A stretch of 61,222 nt of DNA, filler included, from Chiloscyllium plagiosum (Eukaryota): NCBI RefSeq assembly GCF_004010195.1. It is 3 parts of one record of this genome, joined end to end, with 100 filler letters (N's around TTAATTAATTAA, not from the genome) between each part and the next. Parts side by side here need not be neighbours in the genome. Positions count along the whole stretch, not along the records: positions 1 to 30,965 come from NC_057712.1; positions 31,066 to 52,904 come from NC_057712.1; 1 more part is not named here. One strand, 5' to 3'. The notes under the pieces are model-generated. The model ran no database searches, had not been told where the DNA came from, and worked only from the letters and a program-made list of their open reading frames with translations. A program made the translations under genes and the position numbers. Below, in pieces: positions 23,279 to 36,265 of this stretch. The first letter of the stretch is position 1. The number at the start of each line of letters is the position of its first letter.

Positions 23279-25959
23279 GTAATTAGGGATGGTCAATAAA
23301 TTCTGGCCTGTGATTGAATATAAAATAAACTGTGGTAGGCTTCTTTAGCGGCCAATATCAGAACCTAAAGGACAATTGTTAATCCGAGGCACCAAGGCAC
23401 AGCAGGTACAAAGGAGTTGATTTCAGTTTAATGGATATTTGGTCTGCTTATGGAAACCACATTTTTACAGTGAATGCTGAAGTGCTGGACGAGAGCCTGA
23501 AAGGCATCTACAACCTCAGTTGTTTTTTTTTAAAACGATTCTAGCTTCTCACAGATGTTACTGAAAAATATTCTAAAGAAAGTTTGCAACTTCTGGGCCC
23601 AGCAGAAGCCTGCATGGTTTCTTTCATCTTTGAATGGGAAAATAAAAAATATTCTCAGCACTTTGCAAGAGATTGGTTTTGATATGTTCCAGCTACCCTG
23701 GCCTGTGAATGACGACCTTTTTGTGAATGACTACCTTTTTATTAAACAAATCTTTTGAATGTTAGTTGGCTGTGTGACAGCTCTTGTGTAGAGCTGCCAA
23801 TTTTTGCAGTATTTAAACTGAGCATTCTGTTCCTTTGCTCTCTTGTTAAAGAGAAAAGATATAAATTCTATCAATCCAAAATTCCTTAGAGAGAAAAAAA
23901 ATCAGTAAAAGATGTGATTCTTTTATTTTATAGTGAAAACTTGCACAATGGAGGTGACCATGAAGATATTTTTCCTACTCTCACCTTCTGTATGTTCGAA
24001 CTAATCTAAAACTGTCCAGCCTTGTGCCATCCATCATTTCTGTGCTTGCTAACCTACACTAACCTCCAATCTGCCACAATTTTCAAATTTTCAACTCAAC
24101 CTTCTATCCCTCTCTGCTTTCCATGGCCTCACCTCGGTAGCTTTGCAATTTCCTCCAGCACTAAAATGGCCTCACATCTGTGCATCAAAAACTTTATTAG
24201 TGCAAGTTGTTGAATGGTGCAGCTTACCAGCAAGCTTTCATTCTGTATCAGCCCAAATTTGTGGACAGTGTGGCATCAGATGGATGTAACTCAGCAAACT
24301 TTATCACCAGGAAAAAGCAACAAAATCTTTGGAACTCCATCACTCCACTTGGACCTTCCTTTTTGTTGTATCGGGACAAACCTTTCCTATTTCATAGAAT
24401 GATGTGAACACCATTACAGTTTGGAGCAAAAGCCAGCCAGTAAATCCTCAAGACCACTTGGGAGGCCAGTGAATGCAACTTTGAAAATCTTCAGCAACTT
24501 TTAAAGTTAGTGATGCAGGTCCTCACAAGGACCAGTATCACTCCATATAGTCCATCTCGATCTGGTGAATGATGGAAGGATGAATGAGCTAGTGGTGCTT
24601 CAGGTAAGCTAATGCTTGCATTCTTTGACTTGACTGACTGAAGCTGGTTGAGGGGTGAGGGATTTGAAAGTGAAGAGATGCCAAGGTGATAGACATTAAA
24701 AGTGCTTAATGGATACTTAAAATTTGCTTTGCTGAAACAAAAATTCCTAATGGCCTGAATTGCTCATATGTTTACAATATGCCTTACATAGGAACCACGA
24801 ACTGAATGAATTGGCTCTCTGCACTATAACATGGTGCAGGCTCTCAGCAGGAGAATAGAAAATATCATTTATTTCTGTCCATTGGCATGTATCCTCTCAT
24901 TGTATGCTATTTGCCAAGTAGATACATTGTTTGGTGAAGCGGTCTGGGAATATATTATACACTCAGGACTAATTGAACTCAACCTCTCTGCACAGTTGGA
25001 TGCTGTCATTAAAACCTCAGTCAAAGTTGCCAATGGCAAACATTTAAAATTCTGACAATTGATAAAGTCCTTATTGTAATTATGTTGCTGAAAACTTTAA
25101 TGTCTTGAATGTATTCCTTAAGCTTTGGCTCCACATGCATGTCATACCTTTCACACTCAATAAAAGATTCCATTGATGATACAATGAATTGATTCAAAGC
25201 CAAAGCCAATATGAACCCAAGACATTGGCCAGTGGAACAGCTTATAAAGAAAAAAAGGGGAGCTGTTACTTTTGGCCATATAAATTGTAGTGTAGATTTA
25301 AGATTTTGAACTTCTGAATGTTTCAGTTAATCAAACACCATGGAATAATCAAGATTGTCAGACTACCTTAGAATCATGCTATTTCCCTTATCCCATCACC
25401 TGCCTGCTCCCACTCTGCTCCCTCAATTCCCATACTTGACTATCTGTTGTCATTCTTCAGTTCAGTCTTTCCATACAAAATTCCTGAAGGGCTGGCTATA
25501 GTGATTCCTGCACTGAGTGTAGTTGTGAGCATAATAAAAAGTAACAGACCTGATCCCTCAACCAATATCTGAAGCCAGTAGCTTCTTGGTCCTGGGGATT
25601 TCATGGGACCCCCAAACTGTGAGGCCAGCATCGGTGTAAAGGCAAGGAGGTGAGTGGATTGGTTTTCAGTGATTACAGGGTGAGGTCATGGGGAGAGTAC
25701 AATGAAAGAGAGGGAAGCTAACACTAATCTAATTTTCCCCATCCACTCCTTCCTAAGGATATTTTCACTATTAAGATTGCAGTATCCTTTAATAATTTTT
25801 GCACTGTTAATGATTTTTGCACATATGTTCATAGGCGCCCCTTTCTCTGGACCCCTTTTCGAATTGCACATATATTTCATTTTGCCTCTCTTTGTTTTTC
25901 CTGCCAAAATGTATTACTTCACACTTCTCTAAATTAAATTTTCATCTACTAAAGTCCTA

Positions 25960-28480
25960 TTCATTCCATCAACTGCAAAAAGACAATTTTAATCCTGTTT
26001 TCAAATCCCCTTGTGTTGAAGGCTAACATCCCATTTGATTTACCAATTGCTTGTGGAACCTACATGCTAACCTTTAAAGACTAATGAACAAACACATCCA
26101 GGTTTTGAAACCTGCTCTCCCATACCCTCTCCATTTAAGAGGTATTCTGCCTTTCTGTTTATCTACCAAAGTGAAGAACTACTTCTTATTCACATTATGC
26201 TTCATCAACTATGTTCTAGCCCATTCACTGAGCTAATTAATTTCCTCACAAAGTCTCATTGCATCCTTCTCACAACCTACATTTCCACCCACTTTAGTGT
26301 CAATAGCAAACTTGGAAAAATTATAATTAGTTTTTATATCCAACTCTTTCATATAGACAGTGAATAAGTGGACCTATCACTGATTCTTACAGTAACCATG
26401 ACTGACAGCCTGTCACGCTGAGATGATCTGGTTATTACTACTGTATGAATTCTGTCGGTTAACCAATTCTCAATCCACACTTTTATTTCCTCCGATTTCA
26501 CCTACTCTAATTTTATTTGCTCAGCTCCTCTGTGGGACCTTAGCCAGAGCCTTCTGAAAATCAAATACACTACATCCAATGATTCTCCTTCATCAATACC
26601 ACAAGTAATTTTGCCAAAAAAGTCCAATAGGTTTGTCAAACATTATTTCCCTTTCATAAATCCATGTTGACTCTGCCCAATTTTGCCTGTCCTTTCTAAA
26701 TGTCCAGCTTTTATAACTTTGTAATGACATCTAACACTTTGTATTGTTTTGATGTCAAACTATCCATTGTGTAATTCTCCATTCTCCCACTTCATCATTT
26801 CTTAAATTATGAAGTCACATTTGCTACTTTCCATCTGCAGGAACCTTCCTGAATTTATAGAAATTTAATGGATAACATATGACTATTTCTCTAGCTAACT
26901 GTGACTCGTGGAGTGCCACAAGGATCGGTGCTGGGTCCACTACCTTTTGCCGTTTATATGAATGATTTAGATGTGAGCTTGAGAGGTACAGTTAGTAAGT
27001 TTGCAGATGACACCAAAATTGGAGGTGTAGTGGACAGCAAAGAAGGTTACCTCAGATCACAACGGGATCTTGATCAGACGAGCCTATGGGCTGTGGGGTG
27101 GCAGATGGAGTTTAATTTAGATAAATGTGAGGTGCTGCATTTTGGGAAAGCAAACCTTTGCAGGACTTATATACTTAATGGTAAGATGCTAGGGAGTGTT
27201 GCTGAGCAAAGAGACCTTAGAGTGCAGGTTCATAGCTGTTGAAAGTAGAGTCGCAGGTAGATAGGATAGTGAAGAAGGCGTTTGGTATGCTTTGCTTTAT
27301 TGGTCAGAGTATTGAGTACAGGAGTTGAGAGGTCATGTTGCAGCTGTACAGGACATTGGTTAGGCCACTTGTGGAATATTACATGCAATTCTGGTCTCCT
27401 TCCTACCAGAAGGATGTTGTGAAACTTGAAAGAGTTTAGAAAATATTTACAAGGATGTTGCCAGGGTTGGAGGATTTGAGCTATAGGGAGAGGTTGAATA
27501 GGCTGGGGCTGTTTTCCCTGAAGCATTGGAGGCTGATGGGTGACCTAATCAAGGTTTATAAAATTATGAGGGGCATGGATAGTGTAAATAAACAAAATCT
27601 TTTCCCTGGAGTGGGGGAGTCCAGAACTAGAGGGCATAGGTTTAGGGTGAGAGGGAAAAGATATAAAAGAGACCTATGGGGCAACTTTTTCACTCAGAGG
27701 GTGGTGCGTGTGCAGAATGGGCAGCCAGAGGAAGTGGTGGAGGCTAGTATGTTGCAACATTTAAAAGGCATTTGGATAGGTATATGAATTGGAAGGGTTT
27801 GGAGGGATATAGGCTGGGTGCTGGCAGGTGGGACTAGATTGGGTTGGGATATCTGTTGGACCAAAGGATCTGTTTCCATGCTGTACATCTCTATGAATCT
27901 ACCTGCTCATAGAGTTAGATTCTTGATCGTTTGGTCCAGGAAGAGTTGGACCAAAGGGTCTGTTTCCATGCTGTACATCTCTATGAATCTACCTGCTCAT
28001 AGAGTTAGATTCTTGATCGTTTGGTCCAGGGCATTTATCAACCTTCAATTGATTTATATAGTATCTAGTGCTACCTCTTTAATAATCACCTTTTTTTCAG
28101 TGCCTCAGTTTCACAAGTCCCTTGCTCATGCAATATTTCTGGGAGATTTTCTTTGCATCTGTCTTCCCGGAAGAAGGTAATGAAACTGATTAGTTTCTCT
28201 GCCATTTCGTTGTTCTCCACTGTAGGTTATGATGTTGCCACTTGTAATAGGTCCACATTTGCCCAAACTAATCTTTTCCTTACCTATAAAAGTTTTTACA
28301 GTCCACCCTGCTATTCCTCACTACTTTGCATTCAAATTCCTTTTCCTTTTCTTAATCAGTCTATGCTTTGTCCTTTGCAGATTTCTAAGTTGCTCACAAT
28401 CCTCAGGCTTACCACCTTTTCAAGAATCCTTTATTCTAATGCTATCTTTAACTTATTTTGTTTTTGCATTTTTAGTTTTG
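25960..28480 (-). mobile_element. Older CR1 LINE, interrupted by a younger + strand CR1
   Basis: Reverse-complement RT-region sequence (aaatccatgttgactctgccc; gtcaaacattatttccc) on both sides of 26900-28030. Confidence 0.65.
26900..27895 (+). mobile_element. Young 5'-truncated CR1 (HER1-like)
   Basis: GVPQGSVLGPL...SKFADDTKIGG...WQMEFNLDKCEVLHFG; highly similar to 16480-17480. Confidence 0.92.
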
Positions 28481-30514
28481 TGCTTTTTAAATCATGAACT
28501 GAAATGAGAAAAAAAAGTTTTAAAAATTAAGGATTGTTTCATTGGTTGAAAGCAAGTAATTAGAAACTCAACATTGTCCACTTGTGGGTACAGCAGAAAT
28601 TGCAAATGAGCTGGAGCCAAGGGGCTGTCTACAGATGGAGCTCTGCTTGGCAACAAAATGTTGACTAGTCCATAGACTAGTCACCAGTTATTGGTAACAA
28701 AGGCTTTTTGCCTGCCAGTAATCATGTCCTTGTTTCTCAGGTAACTGAGAAGCTTGTGTATGGGAACAAGATTAAAGAGAAGTGATCAGATCTCCAACAG
28801 CTCAAGAGCTGTCTCTGTTCTGTATAGTCAAAACCCAATTTAAAACTGGTTTAGCTTTTCTTCAGCTGTTGCTGTGTGCTGTGACTGTTAATAGATATGT
28901 TAGAGACCTTTAATAATTGAACAAGCTACCATGTGCCTCTTGCCAACCTGTGGAAGGATTTGGGAATGGAAACTGAGAAGACCCTTTCTGATCAACAGGG
29001 ACCAACTCATCAACCTCATGAACATAGACTACTGACCTGTTTCCTAGTTTTCCCTCCATGCATGTGTTACTTTCCCCTGTTTATGTATATCTGTGGAAAA
29101 AGGGGGATTTTTATAAAGGGATTACAGTTTAAGTAGTAGTTTTGCATTCCAATGGTTATTAACTGTTTATCTGTTGCTACAGTCCAATTACTTGTAATAG
29201 ATCATAATTGTTAAGTGCAGAAATCTGTCCTGTGCTTTTTATCAACCAGCATCTGAAAATCAGGCAAATTAAGTAAGGTGTACTTACTTTAAAATCTTTA
29301 AATTTTATGATCACTCCAGGAATAGTGGGACTTGATTTCCAGTTCCAATTGCCCACTGGTGCAACTTTGCATCAGGCTATAGTGCATTCAGGGAATTGTA
29401 TGGGCCGAGTGTCACATGGGGTAGCTATGTTGCATTAGATCTACATTTTTTTTATTGATACGCAGATGTCACATTTACTGCCCATCCCTAATTGCCCTAA
29501 GGTCAGTTAACAGCCAACCACATTGCTGGACTTAGATTTAAGGCCAAACCAGGCAAGGATGGTCTCCATCGGTCTCTAGCTGGCATTAAATGGGGGTTAT
29601 CCTCACAATTGAATAAGAATTCCACTTTTTTTTCTCTTTATCCTCCATCTACTGTGGTTGCCTTTGAAGCTAGATACCCAGAACATTATCTGAGTTGTTG
29701 GATTAACAGTCCAGAGATAATACCATTACGTCATCATCTCCCCGATGTTGGATTGAGTGGTTGGAGGTAATGAACTATGTTGCGCTGGCTAAATCGTGTC
29801 GGTTCAGTTTAGTTTGAGAACGAATCTTGTTGCATTTGATGAATTGTGCGGGTTCAGTTTCACAATGAACGATAATGAACCGTGTTGCTCAGTTCGTGAA
29901 CTGTTCGTGCTCAGTTTGACAACAAACCGTTTGCACAGGATGAATTTTGCAGGTTGAGCGTGACAGTTGAAATGTGCAACAGCATATGGCAGTGGCTGAA
30001 TAATATGCATCGAGATTGACAAGGTGTTACAGTGGATGAATTGTTCCAATTGAGTGCGACAACATGTTACAGAATGAATGTGACAATATGTTGCAATGAA
30101 TGAATTTTGCAGGTAGAGTGTGACAGAATGTTGCAGTGCATCTTGTGAGTTGTGTATGATGTAGTGGATTCCCCGTGCAGGTTTAGTGTGTCGCGGTGAT
30201 TGCACGGCCCAGGTGGATTGTGTTGCGGTGAATACACCGTGCGGTATTGTCGGAACCTCGCGCACTCCACGCTGCAGCCGCCACGTGCCGCCTCCCTTGC
30301 CCCACCCCCACCCTACGGTCCGACCAATGACCGACGGTTATACTCAGGTAGGTTCCTGCCTGGCAGCCAATGGGCCAGGGCGATGCTGTTGCTGCGCTGC
30401 GATAGTTTACCCGGTGCTGGTTGTTAGGGAAACGGGGCCTGGCTTTGTGGTTGCTGAGGGGCAGCTGGTCAGGCCGTCCCCGTCCCGCCCCAACCACACC
30501 CGACAGGCATGGTC

Positions 30515-30574
30515 ATGGTCAAGCAGACTATTCAGATCTACGCCCGACTCCGGCCCACCAAGAAGCCGGCTGCG
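30515..30574 (+). CDS. KIF6: Kinesin family member 6, coding exon 1 (MVKQTIQIYARLRPTKKPAA)
   Basis: Matches the vertebrate KIF6 N-terminus as I recall it (human MVKQTIQIFARVKP). Ends in phase 0 at a GTGAGT donor (30575-30580). An in-frame upstream ATG lies at 30509. Confidence 0.93.
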
Positions 30575-30615
30575 GTGAGTCATCGCGGGGCGAAGCAGTA
30601 GCTGCTGTCCCTCTA

Positions 30616-30795
30616 CTGTGAGGAGGGGGCGGCTGGGCCGGGCAGGGCTGGGCCGGGCCCTGACCGTGAGGAGGGGGTGGCAGGGCCGGGCCCTGACCGT
30701 GAGGAGGGGGCGGCAGGGCCGGGCAGGGCTGGGCCGGGCCCTGACCGTGAGGAGGGGGCGGCAGGGCCGGGCCGGGCTGGGCTGGGCTCTGACCG
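30616..30795. repeat. G-rich tandem repeat at the start of KIF6 intron 1 (ctgaccgtgaggagggggcggcagggccggg...)
   Basis: Four gtgaggaggggg-containing units are visible. Confidence 0.9.
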
Positions 30796-30965
30796 GCACT
30801 GCCTCACAGCTTGGCTCACTCACAGCGGCTGCAGTGAAAAGGATCTCGTCACCAGCCCGACCGTCCGCTGAAGTCGGACTCCCCGCTTCCCAACCAGCCT
30901 GAACCTCACATCCCTCCCCCACCCTAAACCCCACATCCCTCCCCTTTACCTCCCCCACCCTAGAT

Positions 30966-31065
30966 NNNNNNNNNNNNNNNNNNNNNNNNNNNNNNNNNNN
31001 NNNNNNNNNTTAATTAATTAANNNNNNNNNNNNNNNNNNNNNNNNNNNNNNNNNNNNNNNNNNNN
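30966..31065. other. Artificial gap/linker N44-TTAATTAATTAA-N44
   Basis: Exactly 100 nt, with stop codons in all six frames; identical to 52905-53004. Confidence 0.97.
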
Positions 31066-31657
31066 CCAACTCTCGTGCCTCCCCTCCCCAACTCTCGTGT
31101 CTCCCCTCCCCGTCCTCCCCAACTCTCGTGTCTCCCCTGTCCTCGACACTGTTTTACTTCTCTCACCTCACACTTTGACCTTCCTGTTCCCACATACTTT
31201 TACTCCTCTTTAATGCCATCCCACTCTTTGTCCCCTGACCTCTGACAAAGCCCACAACTCTTTTGCAATCCCCCCCATTTTGTTCCCCAATTCCTTGATT
31301 AACCTCCCTCCCACTCTCCCATCTTCATCTGTCTTCCCCACTCTCCCATGGTCCTTACTCCTCTTGACCTCTCTCGGTTGGATAAGTGAAGGGTACAAAG
31401 TTGTACAGGAGCATAATGTTGAATATCCAAATGCATGTTATCAAAAGTGAAAACTGTAAGAACAGTGGAAGCTGTAAATCAGAAACAAAGGTAGAGATTT
31501 CCAGAAAAGCTCAGCAGGTCTGGCAGCGTCTGGAGAGAAATCAGAGTTGATGTTTGGAGTCAACTGACTCTTCCTCATCAAAAGTGGAAATTGGAATACA
31601 CCGGTAATAGAGCATACAGTATGCTTGGCTTTGTTAAAAGGATCATAGAGTACAAAA

Positions 31658-32165
31658 TTATTTTAGATAAAAACAACCACAGATGCTGGCATTCAAAGTA
31701 CACAAGCAGGAGGCTGGAAGAACACAGCCAGGCAGGGAGCATCAGGAAGAGGAGGTCAATGTTTCAGGTGTAATCCTTTTCCAGGACATGGCATAGGTGT
31801 AAGGGGAGCTGCAGAAAAAGGGTGAAGTGGGGGAGGGGTGGTGATGTAGGGATAGGTAAATGCATAAAGCGTATGACCTGATTGGTCGATGAGAGGAATG
31901 AATCCAGTTGGTAGCTGGAAGGAAGGGTCAATCAGAGCAATAGAAGGGAGGGGGAGCAGCTGGAAAGGGAGGTTATTTGAAATTGGAGAACTGTGTTCTC
32001 CTACCTCTACCTCACCACTCTGCTTCTCCCTCCGCCACCCCCCTTTATCTGAAGCTTCCTTTACACCCACCCCCTGCTTTGAAGAAGGATTACATCCAAA
32101 ACGTTGACTTGTCCACTTCCTGATGCTGCCTGGCTTGCTATGTTCTTCCAGTCTCCTGTTTGTCT
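31658..32165. mobile_element. Fold-back PLE-derived element inserted in a CR1 fragment
   Basis: Inverted arms at ~31700-31880 and ~31995-32165; TSD atcatagagta[c/t]aaaa at 31642-31657 and 32166-32181. Confidence 0.8.
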
Positions 32166-32279
32166 ATCATAGAGTATAAAAGCAGTGAGATTATCTCTGG
32201 CTCCATAAGATACTAGTTAGACCTGATCAGAAAACTAACACACCAGCCTTGTTTTTATTGAAATGACAGAGGAGGCTTG

Positions 32280-32830
32280 AAGTGGTGAATGGCCTCCTTC
32301 TGCTAATTTGTACGTTTATAGGACCTCAGCTGGAGTGTTGTGTATTGTGGCTGAGTGCCACACTTTAGGAAGAATGTGAATGCATTGGAGAGGTGCAGAA
32401 GAGGTTTCCAAGAGTTGATCCAGGGATGAGACACTTCAGTTAGGAAGATGGATCATGATGGTTCGGACTGTTTTCCTTGGAGAAGAGAAAGATAAAAGCA
32501 GATTTGAGTGAAGTTTTCAAAATCAGGGGCCTGGATAGGGAAAAATTGATCCAACTTGTAAAAGGATCGAGAACAAGAGGATGCAGGTTTAAAGTGACTT
32601 GCAAAAGAAGTAAATGCAATGTAATTAAAAATACTTCTTCAGGTTAGGGAACGAAATGCCTGGAAATGCAATGGAAGCAGATTCAATCAAGGCCTTAGGT
32701 GATTATTTAAATAGAAGCAATCTGCAGAGTAATGCTGACAGCGCCATTCTTCTGCTCTAAGTCATGATGCTGACTTGGTCCGCTGGTGCAAACATGATGG
32801 ACTGAAGGCTGCTTTCTACACCATAAACGA
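32280..32830 (+). mobile_element. Old CR1 3' fragment
   Basis: gacctcagctggagtgttgtgt...gcattggagaggtgcagaagaggttt (RPQLEYC...ALERVQRRF-like). Confidence 0.75.
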
Positions 32831-33579
32831 TTCAATGATTTTACAGACCTTTAAAGCAACATTTTTTTTTAAAGTTTAAAAAGTTTCAGCTCTTTATACC
32901 CAACACTGACTACCATGACTGAATAAGCATCATGTTCTTGCCTGTGCTTCTATCAGATTCTCTGCAAATCATTTAGCATGTGAGCTAAAGATGAAAACTA
33001 ACAAGACTTTGTACAAAAGTCAGGATAGTGCTATGATTCAATATTCAAAAGTGCTCAATAAAGCTTGATGCTCCTTATTTTTGTTTAAAATCTAGTGACT
33101 TTATTTGTAGAACTTAGAAAACTTGTGTTCATGAATAACTTGTCTTTCTCACTTGCTTCTGATCAACTTTGTATGCAATTGCAAACTTCTCATTGAGTAT
33201 GTATAATTGGTGTTTGTGTTACTCATTACACTTAACTACTTAAATTATGTCTGTTGAATGAGTCAATTTTCTCTTTACATTGAAATTTATCTGAATGCTC
33301 ACTTGCTTTTCTTCTGAGCTCCAGTATCTGCATATACCTTTTAATCATTTAAGAACTTAATGGACAATTTCTCTGGCACCTGTTGCAAGAACTATGGAAT
33401 ACTTGCTGCCACCATCCTCTTTACTGTTAGGGATCTACCAGGCCTGTCATTCTGATGTGGTCGAGGAAAACGATTTGTAATCTAATGAGAAGAGCCTTTG
33501 TTATCATGCAATAAACTAGATCTTCTTTAAGACAATCCAGTGCAAGTTGCATTGATATTGTTCACATTGTTAATGTCAT

Positions 33580-34110
33580 GTCATAGAGTTATACAACATG
33601 AAAACAGCCCCTTCTGTTCAACTCCTCTGCACTGTCCAGATATCCTAAACTGGTCTAGTCCCATTTGCCACATTTGGCCCATATCCCTCAAACGTTAAGC
33701 TTTTCATTCCTCAGACCATCCTTATGAACCTCCTCTCGGGTGCTGGCAGGTGGGACTAGATTGGGTTGGGATATCTGGTCGGCATGGACGGGTTGGACTG
33801 AAGGGTCTGTTTCCATGCTGTACATCTCTATATCCCTCTTAAGCTCTTCATATTCATGTACCCATCCAGATGCCTTTTAAATGTTGTAGTTGTAACAGCC
33901 TCCGCCGCCACCTCATTCAACACATGCACCACTCTGTGCATGAAAAAGTTGCCCCCGGTCCCTTTTAATTCTTTCTCATCTCTCCTTGGCTATTCACCTA
34001 ATCTTTGCCCTTCATGTTATAAACCTCCATAGGATCACCCTTCAGCCTCTGATGCTCCAGGGAAATAAGTTCCAGGGACACCAGAACTGAATGCAGTATT
34101 CCAAAAGATG
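33580..34110 (-). mobile_element. CR1 3' fragment containing a short opposite-strand CR1 3' end (33738-33829)
   Basis: atatccctc is duplicated at 33681-33689 and 33830-33838 around the inner insert. Confidence 0.8.
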
Positions 34111-34552
34111 TTAGGTCTTGCCTTCGAGATCTAAAGCCATTCTCCTTTTCTGAGTCTCTGTGACACTATATTGGGTGGTATAGTAGACAGTGTATTTGGC
34201 GGCCTCCCTACCCAAGTCTGACTTTGCAACTTTGCTATTCTCCAGAATGCATTCTTTTGAACTTGTGTGGATAGGTTTCAGGATTGAAGCATGTTGACTT
34301 TGATTCTGTTGTTGATAGTGTGAGGTCTTGGTCCCTTTAAACTGCAATACCCTTGCATTAGATTTTCTTTACTGAGGAAGTCCTGCTGAAACAGGAAATT
34401 GCTCCATTTTAATATTAGGCGAAACTTTTATTTTCATGAATTTTCTTCATAGATAAATGTTGTCCTGTTAAAACTGGTAGGGTCTTTTTGACAATATCCT
34501 GGATCTCCCTATCAGGCAATGTTTTCTTGATAGTGACCTTCCCATGCCAGTC

Positions 34553-34869
34553 TTTTTTTTAGATTCCCTACAGTGTGGAAACAGGCCCTTCGGCCCAACC
34601 AGCCCACACCGACCCTTCAAAGAGTAACCCATCCAGACCCATTTCCCTTTTGACTAATGCACCTAACACTATGGACAATTTAGCATGACCAATTCACCTG
34701 ACCTGCACATTTTTGGACTATGGGAGGAAACCGGAGCACCTGGTGGAAACACACGCAGACATGGGGAGAATGTGCAAACTCCACAGACAGTCACTTGAGA
34801 CTGGAATCGAACCTGGGACCCTGGTGCTGTGAGGCAGCAGTGCTAACTGCTGAGCCACTGTGCCGCCCC
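34553..34869 (-). mobile_element. HE1-type SINE, full length
   Basis: tRNA-like head on the minus strand (ggggcggcacagtggctcagcagttagc; B box ggttcgattcc), central conserved domain and a CR1-like 3' end gaagggcctgtttccacactgtagggaatct. Confidence 0.9.
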
Positions 34870-35661
34870 ATGGCGTTGTATACATCAGATTTCAGTGTGT
34901 ATTAGCAAAGATTTTATTTTCGATCTGAGGGTGTATCTATGTTGAAGTGTGTAAACTCATTAGGGCGGATGCTTTCATTCACCCACTATTGCTGGGAAAT
35001 CACTATGTTCACTTGCTTAACTGTGCTCCCTGAGGATTTCATCATGTTTGGAAATATTTCTGTTACTGGTACTAATGATCCTTCTTAGGAAGCTACAGGA
35101 ATAAAATGTTTTGCTTGAATTTGTCAACTCAGCATCTAACATCAGGATTGGATCTGTTATCAGTATTTGCCAAACAGCATTGCATCCTCAACTAAATCAG
35201 TTGAGAATGCATCAATGCGCTTAAATAGGGAATGCTACTCATTGACTGATCAATTGTATTTCCTCAGAAACTTTGCTGTTTTGTTTTGCAGTCTAAATTC
35301 TCTCCTGTATTAATAAGAGTGGAAGACATTTCTGCCAATTCCAAATAGTTACATTTCCTTTTTGTTAATGGTATGCAGCAAATTTCTTATGCAAACATAA
35401 CTGATGTCAATCGATTTTATCTTCTGTTTGGGTTCTATGGTGACCTTAAGGTCATAACAAATTTTCGCCCAGATGTCCTATTGGGTTCTGGTTTGCAATC
35501 CTGATCTTTAATTGGTTTGAAACACTTCTGGACACTGGATTTATTTAAGGATGTGATTAAGAGGCTGCCTAAGGGTAAGAAAAAAAAAATCACTCTACTT
35601 ATTTAAGGTACAACAGGTAATATATAATACAAGAAATGGGTAACTCAGTAAATTCTTAAGA

Positions 35662-36265
35662 AGTGTAGGAGTTGGGTCATGTTGCAGCTATACAGGACAT
35701 TGGTTAGGCCAGTTTTGGAACACTGCATTCAATTCTGGTCTCCCTCCTACAAGAAGATTGCTGTGAAACTTGAATGAGTTCAGAAAAGATTTACAAGTAT
35801 GTTGCCAGGGATTGAGGGTTTGAGCTATGGGGAGAAGCTGAATAGGCTAGCACTATTTTCCCTGGAGCATTGGAGGCTGAGGGGTGACCTTATAGAAGTT
35901 AATAAGATCATGAGGGGCACGGTTAGGGTGAATACCAAGGTCTTTTCCCCAGGGTAGGGGAGTCCAAAATTAGAGGGCATAGGTTTAAGGTGGGAGAGCA
36001 AAAGACATCAAAGGGACCTAAGAAGTAACTTGTGTGTGCAGAGGGCAGTGCATGTATAGAATGAGCTGCCAGTGAAAATGGTGGAGGCTGGTACAATTTA
36101 CAGCATTTAAAAGGCATCTGGATGGGTATATGAAGAGGAAAGGTTGAGAGAGATGTGGGTCAAATGCTGGCAAATGGGACTGGATTCATTTAGGATATCT
36201 GTCAGTATGGACGAGTTGGACTGAAGGGTGTGTTTCCATGCTGGACAGCTCCAGGACTCAATGAT
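35662..36265 (+). mobile_element. CR1 (HER1-like) 3' fragment
   Basis: Homologous to 16900-17480. Confidence 0.9.

Larger units (their letters stand above)
30180..30960 (+). promoter_or_regulatory. CpG island / KIF6 promoter: E-box CACGTG (30282-30287), CCAAT (30324, 30367), RFX X-box GTTGTTAGGGAAAC (30420-30433), GC box (~30478-30491)
   Basis: Sharp rise in GC and CpG content around the exon 1 ATG; motifs read directly. Confidence 0.8.
32900..35570 (-). mobile_element. Very ancient CR1-group LINE RT fossil, interrupted by a CR1 and an HE1
   Basis: Hand translation gives collinear but decayed RT-like blocks: SIDISYV...LFGIGRNVFH, ITDPILML, CLKEDLVYCMI. Similarity is weak. Confidence 0.35.

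Noticed and set aside
30407..30958. 183-aa minus-strand ORF and overlapping ORFs at the CpG island
   Set aside because: Produced by GC-rich tandem repeats lacking stop codons; the real coding frame is the short KIF6 exon 1.
31010..31021. TTAATTAATTAA palindrome as a biological motif
   Set aside because: Centred in exactly 44+44 Ns at two places, so it is an artificial six-frame-stop linker.
34790..34869. tRNA gene
   Set aside because: The A and B boxes belong to the head of an HE1-type SINE and continue directly into SINE body sequence.
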